This document shows positions 1-7,659 of a stretch of 64,000 bases of DNA, one piece after another. Numbering within the stretch: the stretch's first letter is position 1; every line of letters begins with the position of its first letter. This DNA is from an uncultured Clostridia bacterium (GTDB lineage Bacteria; Bacillota; Clostridia; Christensenellales; Borkfalkiaceae). The notes beneath the pieces are model-generated. The model did not search any database. It saw nothing but the letters and a program-made list of their open reading frames with translations, and had not been told where the DNA came from. Position numbers and translations under genes: made by a program. The stretch is from assembly GCA_964447305.1 (NCBI GenBank), contig CAYURN010000007.1, forward strand, positions 15,423 through 79,422, given 5' to 3'.

Positions 1-1197
1 CTGTATGACGCTGTCGTCGGGGATGAAGTAGGGCGTCATGATATATATCTTCTCCTTTGCGGAGGAGATGACGTTTTCGAACACGCTCTTGCCGATGGTA
101 AGTTCGTACTCCGGGCCGTCGACATAGGGGATTGCCACGCTGCCGTTTTGAAGCTGCTCATAGTGGCCGAAATAGGGCGAATAATCAAACTTCTTTTTTG
201 TAATAAATTCCCACTGCCTGAGGAAGAAGAGCGTCATGGAATCGACGGCCTCCCCTTCTATCTTTAAGCCGGTATCCTTCCAATAGCCGTGCATGTGCTT
301 TTCGTTGACGTATTCATCGGCGATATTGCTGCCGCCCGTAAAGGCAATCTTGCCGTCCACCACTATTATCTTGCGGTGGTCGCGGTAGTTCATGGCAAAG
401 GTGAAGCGCGAGAGCAGGCGGTTGAACACGCGCACCTGCGCGCCGCACTTTTTCATCTCTGCGCGCATCGCGCGCGAAAATGCACGGCTGCCCACGTCGT
501 CATATATAAAGCGCACATCCACGCCTGAAAGGGCCTTTTCCCTGAGAACATCCCAGATGCGGCTGAGAAGAACTCCGTCGGCAATGGCATAATATTCTAT
601 AAATACGAAAGATTGGGCGGATTTAAGACATTCTATGACTTCATCAAACACCTGCGCGCCCGACGGATAGTATTGCAGGCGGGTGTTGTTGTATGCGTTG
701 AAATTGCCGGCATTGCGCAGGTATGCGCAGTGCGGTTCCATTTCCGCAGAACAGACCGCGGGGGAGTGTTCGGGCAGATACTGTTCGCTGCGGGCAAAGA
801 TGGCCTTGTGCCTGCGGCGCGAGCGGGCGTACATATATCTGTCGTTGGACATGAAATATATGATGAATCCGCAGAAAAAGAATACGAGTATGAACAGAAC
901 CCAGACGGCCTTGGCCTGATTGTTGCGGTGAGAGGACAGCACCGAGAGAGCCGTAAACAGACTGATGACAACCAATACGACGAGGTACCAACTGAGCGCG
1001 ACGAGCGCTGGCAGGAAAGACAGGCTGACGATTATCGCGAGCTGGATGAGAATGAGCAGGGCGGCAAAGAAGGTTCTGAATACGCCTATGTTGTTGCGCT
1101 CCGTGCGGATCTTGACAAGTTTATCTTCGGTGAAGCGCTTTCTGCGACGGCGCGACCTGTCCTCCAAAGAATGCGTCCCGCGCACAGATTTAGCCAT
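1..1197 (-). CDS. cls: cardiolipin synthase (phospholipase D family); C-terminal part lies outside the window
   Basis: Absent from the ORF track because it runs off the left edge. Minus-strand translation from the ATG at 1195-1197 reads MAKSVRGTHSLEDRSRRRRKRF..., followed by two N-terminal TM helices. A PLD HKD motif 'NYRDHRKIIVVDGKIAFTGGSNI' lies at approx 330-400. The frame stays open to position 1 (399 codons). Confidence 0.85.
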   Translation of the reverse strand, partial: MAKSVRGTHSLEDRSRRRRKRFTEDKLVKIRTERNNIGVFRTFFAALLILIQLAIIVSLSFLPALVALSWYLVVLVVISLFTALSVLSSHRNNQAKAVWVLFILVFFFCGFIIYFMSNDRYMYARSRRRHKAIFARSEQYLPEHSPAVCSAEMEPHCAYLRNAGNFNAYNNTRLQYYPSGAQVFDEVIECLKSAQSFVFIEYYAIADGVLLSRIWDVLREKALSGVDVRFIYDDVGSRAFSRAMRAEMKKCGAQVRVFNRLLSRFTFAMNYRDHRKIIVVDGKIAFTGGSNIADEYVNEKHMHGYWKDTGLKIEGEAVDSMTLFFLRQWEFITKKKFDYSPYFGHYEQLQNGSVAIPYVDGPEYELTIGKSVFENVISSAKEKIYIMTPYFIPDDSVIQ

Positions 1198-1768
1198 TTT
1201 CCGCCTCCTCTACCAGATCATACAGTCCTTCGCTGGCCTCGGTGACGGCGGGAATAAGCGTCGACGCCTCCTCCATAAGGGTCTGAATGAATCTGAGCTT
1301 TTCGATTATTTTGCCTGTGGCCGTCTTTTTTTCACGGCGGTGCATGATAGTGCATATAACAGCCGCCGCTATGGTGAGCGCAGCGGCGAGGCCTATACCC
1401 GTCCAGCCGAGGATAGCCCAGACCCCGTCGCAGGCAATGACGAGCCAGAGGCTGAGCGCTATGAGCGCAAGCACAAGTACGACGCTGATTGCAATGACGG
1501 AATTGCTTTTTATATGCGCGCGCTTTGTTATGGAAACGAGAGAATTGACAGAGCTTTCCATGCGCACCTGAAGATATTGCAGCCTGTCCTTGTTTTCTAT
1601 TTTATGCGGACGGCGCAGACGGACATAGTTCATGCCGTAGTATTGCCTGTCCTCCTCCGTCTTGATCTCCGTCCAGCCAAGCGCGCGGTAACACTGAAGA
1701 ATACGGCTGAGCTGGTCGCTGTTGACCGATACGGATAAATAATCGTAGTTGTTGTAATCCCTTTCCAT
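1190..1768 (-). CDS. hypothetical membrane protein (soluble N-domain plus 2 TM helices)
   Basis: 192-aa ORF with an N-terminal soluble part (..YRALGWTEI..) and then two long hydrophobic helices. Its stop overlaps the cls start by 8 nt. It gives a DUF2812-like impression only. Confidence 0.5.
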   Translation of the reverse strand: MERDYNNYDYLSVSVNSDQLSRILQCYRALGWTEIKTEEDRQYYGMNYVRLRRPHKIENKDRLQYLQVRMESSVNSLVSITKRAHIKSNSVIAISVVLVLALIALSLWLVIACDGVWAILGWTGIGLAAALTIAAAVICTIMHRREKKTATGKIIEKLRFIQTLMEEASTLIPAVTEASEGLYDLVEEAENG

Positions 1769-1771
1769 AAA

Positions 1772-2674
1772 TCAAACCCCGTTATTCATGGCGCGGCGAC
1801 CACTGATTATCATATATATACCCATAAAAATGATTATTACACACACCAATGTACCTGAAACCGCACCCGATAAGGTGACAGCTGTTTCGTCGCCATAAGC
1901 ACCTAAAAGCGAAACCTGCAGCGAATAAAGCGCGACGAGAGCGTCTGCAAAGCCGATGTTCCTGAGGGCTTTAGTGCTGAAATCGCGATACTTTCTGGCT
2001 CTGCCGATATTGTATAAAGAAAATATGAAGCGGATGAATGTGTAAATACCCGAACCTGCTATAAGGTACTGCGAACGGCTTTCGTTATCGAATACTGTTA
2101 GGATAATCATCGAGGCAACGATGAGCAGCGTGAAAACGATAAGCAATATGCCGCAGCTGAAGTAAATTTTTATACTCTTCATCCTGCGTTCGTCCGCAGA
2201 AGTCGCTCTGCCGTTGTTGCGCGTGCCGACTATCATGCCGCTGCGGAGGGCGCATAAAGACAGGTAGTACAGCGCCACGAGCATATTGCCCCACGACAGA
2301 TAGTGAGCGGCGATTGCGCCGTTATATACGGCGTATATCGCATTGAGGGCTATGGAAAAGCACGTTATGGCCATGGTGCGGTAGCCATAATTTTTGATTA
2401 AGCTGTCGGTAAATTCATACCGGGAGGCAAACTCGATAGTGCGCTGTTTTACGCGCGGAAAGCCATAAAAAATTATATAGCCTATGTAAAGGAGAGCCGC
2501 CAATGAAAGGGCGTAGCATACATACGCGCCGACATCATGCACTCCGCTCATAGATATGACAATAGCGGCCGCAATAAAGATACAGCCCACTACCGTTGCT
2601 ATTGACGCCTGAACTATGGAGGGGTTCAGCACCCTGTGCCAGAGGCGTTTGAAAAAATACTTCACCTTGTTCAT
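1772..2674 (-). CDS. hypothetical polytopic membrane protein (300 aa)
   Basis: Long ORF, hydrophobic throughout with multiple predicted TM helices, sitting 3 nt upstream of the previous gene. No family recognised. Confidence 0.5.
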   Translation of the reverse strand: MNKVKYFFKRLWHRVLNPSIVQASIATVVGCIFIAAAIVISMSGVHDVGAYVCYALSLAALLYIGYIIFYGFPRVKQRTIEFASRYEFTDSLIKNYGYRTMAITCFSIALNAIYAVYNGAIAAHYLSWGNMLVALYYLSLCALRSGMIVGTRNNGRATSADERRMKSIKIYFSCGILLIVFTLLIVASMIILTVFDNESRSQYLIAGSGIYTFIRFIFSLYNIGRARKYRDFSTKALRNIGFADALVALYSLQVSLLGAYGDETAVTLSGAVSGTLVCVIIIFMGIYMIISGRRAMNNGV

Positions 2675-2825
2675 GATATATTATATTTGCAATATTAACA
2701 GAGTATAAAAAACGTGTAAAATGTCTGTAAAAAATAGCGGATACAACAAAAAAACTCTGTTATTTAATAATTATAACACATATATTTCCAAAAATCAACA
2801 GTACGCGAAAAAACTGTTACGAATG

Positions 2826-2854
2826 TTGACTTAGGCGCAGGTATATATTATAAT
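2826..2854 (+). promoter_or_regulatory. sigma-A-type promoter TTGACT-17 nt-TATAAT ending 6 nt before the 2861 ATG
   Basis: TTGACT at 2826-2831, 17-nt spacer, TATAAT at 2849-2854. There is no Shine-Dalgarno between the -10 box and the ATG. Confidence 0.55.
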
Positions 2855-2860
2855 GTTCTC

Positions 2861-4273
2861 ATGAGAGACGCATACCTGAAGCGGGTCGAACAGGTGCTGT
2901 GCGCAATAGTGCTTTTGTGCGCACTGGTGCTGACATTCACGGTTTCGGACTATTACATATTCAACCGTATAGGCTCGTTCAACGCGCTGTTTGTGCTGAG
3001 TCAATGGGTAAAAAAGGGCGCGCTGCTGTTGCTGCCATTGGCGGTATTCTATAACCGCCGCGGCTGCGCGGACGCCGCCAAGTACATACTGCCCCTGTTC
3101 ATCATACTGAGTTGTACTTTGTTCGGACAATTTTTTGACATAACAAAGGTCGCGGACAGTCCTGCCCAGGAGATTTATAACCGGATAAACCTGTTCATTC
3201 CCAAGTGGCTGAACATGGTGCTGTATTTTGTTCAGAGCGGCTGCATGCTGGCGCTATGCGCAATATTTTTTATCCGCGACGGCTTTAAGACAGAGGCGAA
3301 GCACATTACCTATATTCTGCCGGCAATGATAGCCTGTATGCCGCTGAATATCTTTGAAAACTTTTTCGATATAAACGACATTGCGGCCGACAGCTTTCTG
3401 AGGTTCAGAAATTTTACCGTATGGCACGCGCTGGCGATAGTCATACTTGCAGCATTTACCATTGCGGCATACTATTTTTTGAGAAACAGGGACGAACGCG
3501 ACAAGAACGCTTACCTTGGCGCAGCCGCCATTGTTCTGCTTGTGCAGTATCATTCAAAGGACAGTGTGGTCATGGGCGACGGGTACAACGTGTATCAGAC
3601 CGTGCTGGCTTGCGTTCCGCTCTTTATATGCAATATCGGCGTGTACATAGCCTCACTTTCGGTATTTACGCACAAAAAATTCTTTTACCGCACGTCTTTT
3701 TTTGTACATGCGGCGGGAGCGCTGAGTGTGTTTGTATATTTCGGCAGGGACGAGATGAGCAACTTCGGAATCTTTTGCAGTTACTCCATTTTATACTTCG
3801 TTCTCACCCACACGATACTGTTTGCGCTGTGCGTGCTGCCTTCTGCGTTGGGACAGTATAAATTCCGAATGAAGGACTGCATTGTGCCGCTCATATACTA
3901 CTTTGCGCTAATTATACTTGCCTCGGTGTGCAGCGCGCTTGTCACCTCCGCCTCCATGACGTGGCACACGGACGATGGGTACTATTTAAGTGAAACGGAA
4001 TGGATATTGCCCAACTACGCATTCACGCAAATAAATCCTCTGCCATTTAAAGTGCCTGACGCGTGGATGCTGAGGATATGGAATTATGATTTGAACGTGC
4101 TGTATATATTGGGACTGTACGCTGTGTATGTGGCGATATTCTTTGCCTTTACGGCAGCGTATTATATCTTCCTATATCTGCGGTCAAAGTGGCTTAACCG
4201 CAACATATATGCGGGGCAATTAGCTGCCGAGGGTGAAATTGCCGCCTCCGGCGACGGAGATGAAGATTCCTGA
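2861..4273 (+). CDS. hypothetical polytopic membrane protein (470 aa)
   Basis: Long ORF with many hydrophobic helices and an acidic C-terminal tail (GDGDEDS). No family recognised. Confidence 0.55.
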   Translation: MRDAYLKRVEQVLCAIVLLCALVLTFTVSDYYIFNRIGSFNALFVLSQWVKKGALLLLPLAVFYNRRGCADAAKYILPLFIILSCTLFGQFFDITKVADSPAQEIYNRINLFIPKWLNMVLYFVQSGCMLALCAIFFIRDGFKTEAKHITYILPAMIACMPLNIFENFFDINDIAADSFLRFRNFTVWHALAIVILAAFTIAAYYFLRNRDERDKNAYLGAAAIVLLVQYHSKDSVVMGDGYNVYQTVLACVPLFICNIGVYIASLSVFTHKKFFYRTSFFVHAAGALSVFVYFGRDEMSNFGIFCSYSILYFVLTHTILFALCVLPSALGQYKFRMKDCIVPLIYYFALIILASVCSALVTSASMTWHTDDGYYLSETEWILPNYAFTQINPLPFKVPDAWMLRIWNYDLNVLYILGLYAVYVAIFFAFTAAYYIFLYLRSKWLNRNIYAGQLAAEGEIAASGDGDEDS

Positions 4274-4288
4274 ATAATAACCATGCAA

Positions 4289-4321
4289 GCGCGCCGCGCG
4301 GCTTAAAGCCGCGCGGCGCGC
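4289..4321. terminator. bidirectional GC-rich hairpin between convergent genes
   Basis: Perfect 14-bp stem GCGCGCCGCGCGGC / GCCGCGCGGCGCGC with loop TTAAA, lying between the 2861-4273 (+) gene and the Fur-family gene (-). Confidence 0.7.
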
Positions 4322-4385
4322 AAAGTTTTAAATGCTATTACATTAAATTCTTATTTGTTCTTTATTGCAAGATTTTAAACAGGAA

Positions 4386-4778
4386 TCAATTGTCCTTTGA
4401 AAGACATTGGGGGCAGACGCCGTTGAACTCGATTTCGGTAGAGAGAATTTTAAACCCGTCGATTTCGTCGATATGGAGGACGTTTGCGGAGGCAAAGTCG
4501 CCTTCAAATATGTCGGTCACCCTTCCGCAACGCACACAATGGCAATGCGCATGGGGCGCAGTGCGGGCGTCGAAACGGGTGTCGCTGCCGAGGAGATTGA
4601 GCTTGCGGACGACGCCGTCGTCGGCAAATTGCCCAAGCACCCTGAACACGGTGGCACGGGAAAGACGGGGATTATCCCCCTTTATCTGTTCGTACAGTTC
4701 TGACGCGGTGGGATGATCGGCCCGCATAAGCGCATCAAGAATTATTCGTTTTTGTTCGGTATTCCGCTTGTTTTCCAT
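4386..4778 (-). CDS. Fur family transcriptional regulator (Fur/PerR/Zur type)
   Basis: 130 aa with an N-terminal winged-helix region (RIILDAL...HPTASELYEQI). It carries the metal-site motif HAHCHCVRCGRV and a second CxxC (CPQC). Confidence 0.85.
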   Translation of the reverse strand: MENKRNTEQKRIILDALMRADHPTASELYEQIKGDNPRLSRATVFRVLGQFADDGVVRKLNLLGSDTRFDARTAPHAHCHCVRCGRVTDIFEGDFASANVLHIDEIDGFKILSTEIEFNGVCPQCLSKDN

Positions 4779-4784
4779 ATTGAT

Positions 4785-4813
4785 ATTATATCTTAATAAT
4801 ATTTATTTGTCAA
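4785..4813 (-). promoter_or_regulatory. consensus promoter (TTGACA-17-TATAAT on minus strand) abutting the Fur-family start codon
   Basis: On the plus strand, TGTCAA at 4808-4813 and ATTATA at 4785-4790 with a 17-nt spacer. The ATG A at 4778 is the 7th nt after the -10 box. A 7-6-7 inverted repeat ATATTAT/ATAATAT (4783-4802) overlaps the -10 box. Confidence 0.55.
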
Positions 4814-5190
4814 CACTTTGAGCCGTTTTTTGCAATATCCGCGTCGAGGGCGTTGCACGCGCGCCCTCGACGCGGTCATGTACAGATATGCGGACTTTAT
4901 TTTTATTGCAAAAAATAAATTAAGCGCCGGCAAGATGCCAACGCCTAATTTATTGCTATGGGGTCAAGAGTGAGCGAAAATTGTATTTGCAGCCGCGGGC
5001 GGAACGGGATGAAAAATTAAAAATTTTATTCCCTGCTCACGTTGATTGCGACTGACTTTACTTATAATACAATGGCAGAAGCAAAAAACTGACACATGAC
5101 GAAAAACTTTTTTATTATAAATTTCCGACAAACATAATAATTGCTTGCTTTGCACGAAATTTTCAGTTATAATATTGCTACAATATTTTT

Positions 5191-5266
5191 GGGGTTATAG
5201 CGCAGTTGGTAGCGCGTTTGAATGGCATTCAAAAGGTCAGGGGTTCGACTCCCCTTAGCTCCACCA
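5191..5266 (+). tRNA. tRNA-Ala (anticodon GGC), CCA encoded
   Basis: 76-nt cloverleaf: acceptor GGGGTTA/TAGCTCC with the G3:U70 pair, D arm GCGC-AGTTGGTA-GCGC, and anticodon stem TTTGA/TCAAA with loop ATGGCAT. T arm is AGGGG-TTCGACT-CCCCT, followed by a 3' ACCA. Confidence 0.9.
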
Positions 5267-5276
5267 AAGTAAAAAT

Positions 5277-5314
5277 AATCCGAACCTTTTGGCAACAGCC
5301 GATTGGTTCGGATT
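5277..5314 (+). terminator. hairpin downstream of the tRNA
   Basis: 10-bp stem AATCCGAACC / GGTTCGGATT with an 18-nt loop, followed by TGTCGTTT. Confidence 0.45.
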
Positions 5315-5330
5315 TGTCGTTTATACGAAA

Positions 5331-5365
5331 CAAAATTAAAAGGGCTTGCGGTTTTCCGCAAGCCC
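5331..5365 (-). terminator. rho-independent terminator after recO
   Basis: Stem GGGCTTGCGG / CCGCAAGCCC (5342-5365), followed on the minus strand by TTTTAATTTT. Confidence 0.65.
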
Positions 5366-5425
5366 CCCCGTGCCGTTGTTCAGATATTATATGTTAAACG
5401 GCGGAGGGTTTAGATTGGTGTGAAA

Positions 5426-6148
5426 TTACAGCAGCCTTATGTATTCCGTGAGGCTGGCGGTGCGGGCGTCGGTTTTATACGCAAAATATTCGCGCAGCAG
5501 TCTGAGCGCGCGCTTCTGGCCGTCCGCAGTTATGTAGGAGGCGTCGTATGTACGGCCCGAACACATTCTTAATACATTATAAGTGACGCCCGAAGTGCCA
5601 ACGCCTGTACCGCAGTCCCAACAAGTGAACGTGCCCGTGTTCATATCGAAGCGCATTTTATCGGCAGAAATAAGACGGGCGCCGCACTCCGAACAGCTGT
5701 CAAGCCCGATGGTATACCCCGAAGCAGAGAGCGCGGAGAGCAGAAAGGCGATGAGGGCGGGACTTTCGGCGGAGTTGCATATATTTGAAAGCGCCTGAAC
5801 GGCGGGCGTGAAGAGAGCGCTGTCCTCTGCCCCGCCGAACGTGAGCGCGTTTGCCGCCTCGCACACGGCCGAAGCGGCATAGAACTTGTTGATATCGGTG
5901 CGGATATCGTAAAAACTTTCAGTTTCGGAGGCCTGGGTGACGGTGTACTTTCCGCCGCGGCTGGCAAGGATATATTCGGCAAAGCAAAAAGGCTGGGCGG
6001 CAAACCTGAGTTTTGCGCCCGCCTTTTTTACGCCCTTTATGCCGGCCGTAATTTTACCGAGTTCGGCCGTGAGAAGGGTGAGAATTTTATCGTTTTCGCC
6101 ATAATCGACAGCGCGCAGCATGAGCGCGTTGACACATATACCTTCCAT
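5426..6148 (-). CDS. recO: DNA repair protein RecO
   Basis: 240 aa with an N-terminal OB-fold region (ALMLRAVDYGENDKILTLLT) and a C-terminal Cys-rich zinc motif (CSECG...CWDCG). Its position downstream of era-yqzL matches Bacillus. Confidence 0.85.
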   Translation of the reverse strand: MEGICVNALMLRAVDYGENDKILTLLTAELGKITAGIKGVKKAGAKLRFAAQPFCFAEYILASRGGKYTVTQASETESFYDIRTDINKFYAASAVCEAANALTFGGAEDSALFTPAVQALSNICNSAESPALIAFLLSALSASGYTIGLDSCSECGARLISADKMRFDMNTGTFTCWDCGTGVGTSGVTYNVLRMCSGRTYDASYITADGQKRALRLLREYFAYKTDARTASLTEYIRLL

Positions 6149-6249
6149 TATTTACCCTTTAAATGTTTATAAAGCATGTAATAACTTATTGAACCCGTCT
6201 TTTTGAACATCTTCCATGCGAGTTCGGCGGCGTCGTCATCCCTCTTCAT
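6148..6249 (-). CDS. yqzL: YqzL-like small protein (33 aa)
   Basis: Below the ORF-track size cutoff. Minus-strand ATG at 6247-6249 gives MKRDDDAAELAWKMFKKTGSISYYMLYKHLKGK. Its stop overlaps the recO ATG (TAATG). The era-yqzL-recO order matches Bacillus subtilis. Confidence 0.6.
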   Translation of the reverse strand: MKRDDDAAELAWKMFKKTGSISYYMLYKHLKGK

Positions 6250-6291
6250 GCACAACCTCCTTAATGACAGTTTGCGCAGGGAAGGGCGGTT

Positions 6292-7185
6292 TTATGAATT
6301 TTTTTTGAAGTCGTAGCCGTAGTCGCGCATGAGGTCGGGGCGGTCACGCCAATCTTCCTTGACCTTGACATACGTTGTGAGGTAGACCTTACCGCCGAGG
6401 AATTTTTCCATATCCTTGCGCGCGTAGGAGGCGACTTCTTTGAGGGCGCCGCCCTGTTTGCCGATTAAAATTGCCTTATGGTTGGGTTTTTCGCAGACTA
6501 TGTCAAGATTTATGTCCCACACGCCGTTTTCGCCGCGTTCGAATGTATTGACGACTATTGCCACGCCGTGGGGGATTTCCTTATCGTACTTTAAGAGTAT
6601 CTTTTCGCGCATGATTTCAGCGACCATGAATTTTGCGCTCTTATCGGACACAATATCCTCGGCGATGACTCTTTCGCCTTCGGGGAGACGGGAGGCGAGT
6701 TCGCGTTCGAGATTTTTAATATTTATACCCTTGCGTGCGGACACGGGGAATACGTCGCAGTCGATACCTGCTTCATACAGCTTTTTAATGTCCGCAGGGA
6801 TATTTTCCCTGGGCATGATATCAATCTTTGTATAGGCGATTACCATGGGAATATCCCCCGACGAATAGCGTTTCATGAGGGCGATATCCTCCTCCTTCAG
6901 GCCCGCGTGGCCGTCGTGGACGTATAAGATAAGGTCGGCGTCGCGCGCGGCGGTCTGCGCGGTTTTCATCATGCCCTGGGAGAGGGCGTTTTTGGCCCTG
7001 TAAAGGCCGGGAGTATCGACAAAGACAATCTGATACTCCTCGCGCGTGAGAACGCCCAGAATGGCGTTGCGCGTGGTCTGGGGCTTGGGCGAAACGATTG
7101 CCACCTTTTCGCCGACGAGTACGTTTATCAAAGTTGATTTGCCCGCATTTGCGCGGCCGATGACGCCTATATATCCGCTGTTCAT
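6292..7185 (-). CDS. era: GTPase Era
   Basis: 297 aa with G1 GRANAGKST, G3 DTPG and a C-terminal KH domain. It overlaps the ybeY stop by 4 nt. Confidence 0.9.
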   Translation of the reverse strand: MNSGYIGVIGRANAGKSTLINVLVGEKVAIVSPKPQTTRNAILGVLTREEYQIVFVDTPGLYRAKNALSQGMMKTAQTAARDADLILYVHDGHAGLKEEDIALMKRYSSGDIPMVIAYTKIDIMPRENIPADIKKLYEAGIDCDVFPVSARKGINIKNLERELASRLPEGERVIAEDIVSDKSAKFMVAEIMREKILLKYDKEIPHGVAIVVNTFERGENGVWDINLDIVCEKPNHKAILIGKQGGALKEVASYARKDMEKFLGGKVYLTTYVKVKEDWRDRPDLMRDYGYDFKKNS

Positions 7186-7655
7186 GAGTCCTCCCTGGTC
7201 AGATTGATTTTTGCAAGCACGCGCTCTTCGGCCGCGCGCATGACCGACTTATCCGATTCGGTCATGTGGTCGTACCCCAAAAGATGGCAGACGCCGTGAG
7301 CGGCAAGGTAATTTATTTCGCGCTCGACAGAGTGGCCGTACTCGGCAGCCTGGTCTTCCGCGCGGCGGCGGCAGATGACTATTGAGCCGATGAAAATGCT
7401 GCCGTCCTCCTCCCGTTCATAGGGGTGTTCGGCGGCACATATACAGCTTTGAGGGTCGTTATCGAAGGACGGATAGGACAGAACGTCGGTGACGGCGTCG
7501 ACCGAGCGGGTGCGGGCGTTAAGACTGCGGATGCCCTCCTCGTCGGTAAAAATTACCTCGGCAGACAGCGTGCAATCGCTTTTGACCTCGCCGCCGAATG
7601 CGGCGGCGAGGTCGGAAAAATTGTAATCTTCGCAGAAGATCTTTAAATCGTTCAT
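7182..7655 (-). CDS. ybeY: rRNA maturation endoribonuclease YbeY
   Basis: 157 aa with the zinc motif HGVCHLLGYDH. Confidence 0.9.
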   Translation of the reverse strand: MNDLKIFCEDYNFSDLAAAFGGEVKSDCTLSAEVIFTDEEGIRSLNARTRSVDAVTDVLSYPSFDNDPQSCICAAEHPYEREEDGSIFIGSIVICRRRAEDQAAEYGHSVEREINYLAAHGVCHLLGYDHMTESDKSVMRAAEERVLAKINLTREDS

Positions 7656-7659
7656 TTAA

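Noticed and set aside
613-1245. 210-aa plus-strand ORF and several 80-115-aa ORFs at the left edge
   Set aside because: They lie antisense to, or out of frame with, the cardiolipin synthase reading frame, which shows a clear HKD motif. Their composition is Arg/Ala/Gly-rich and low-complexity.
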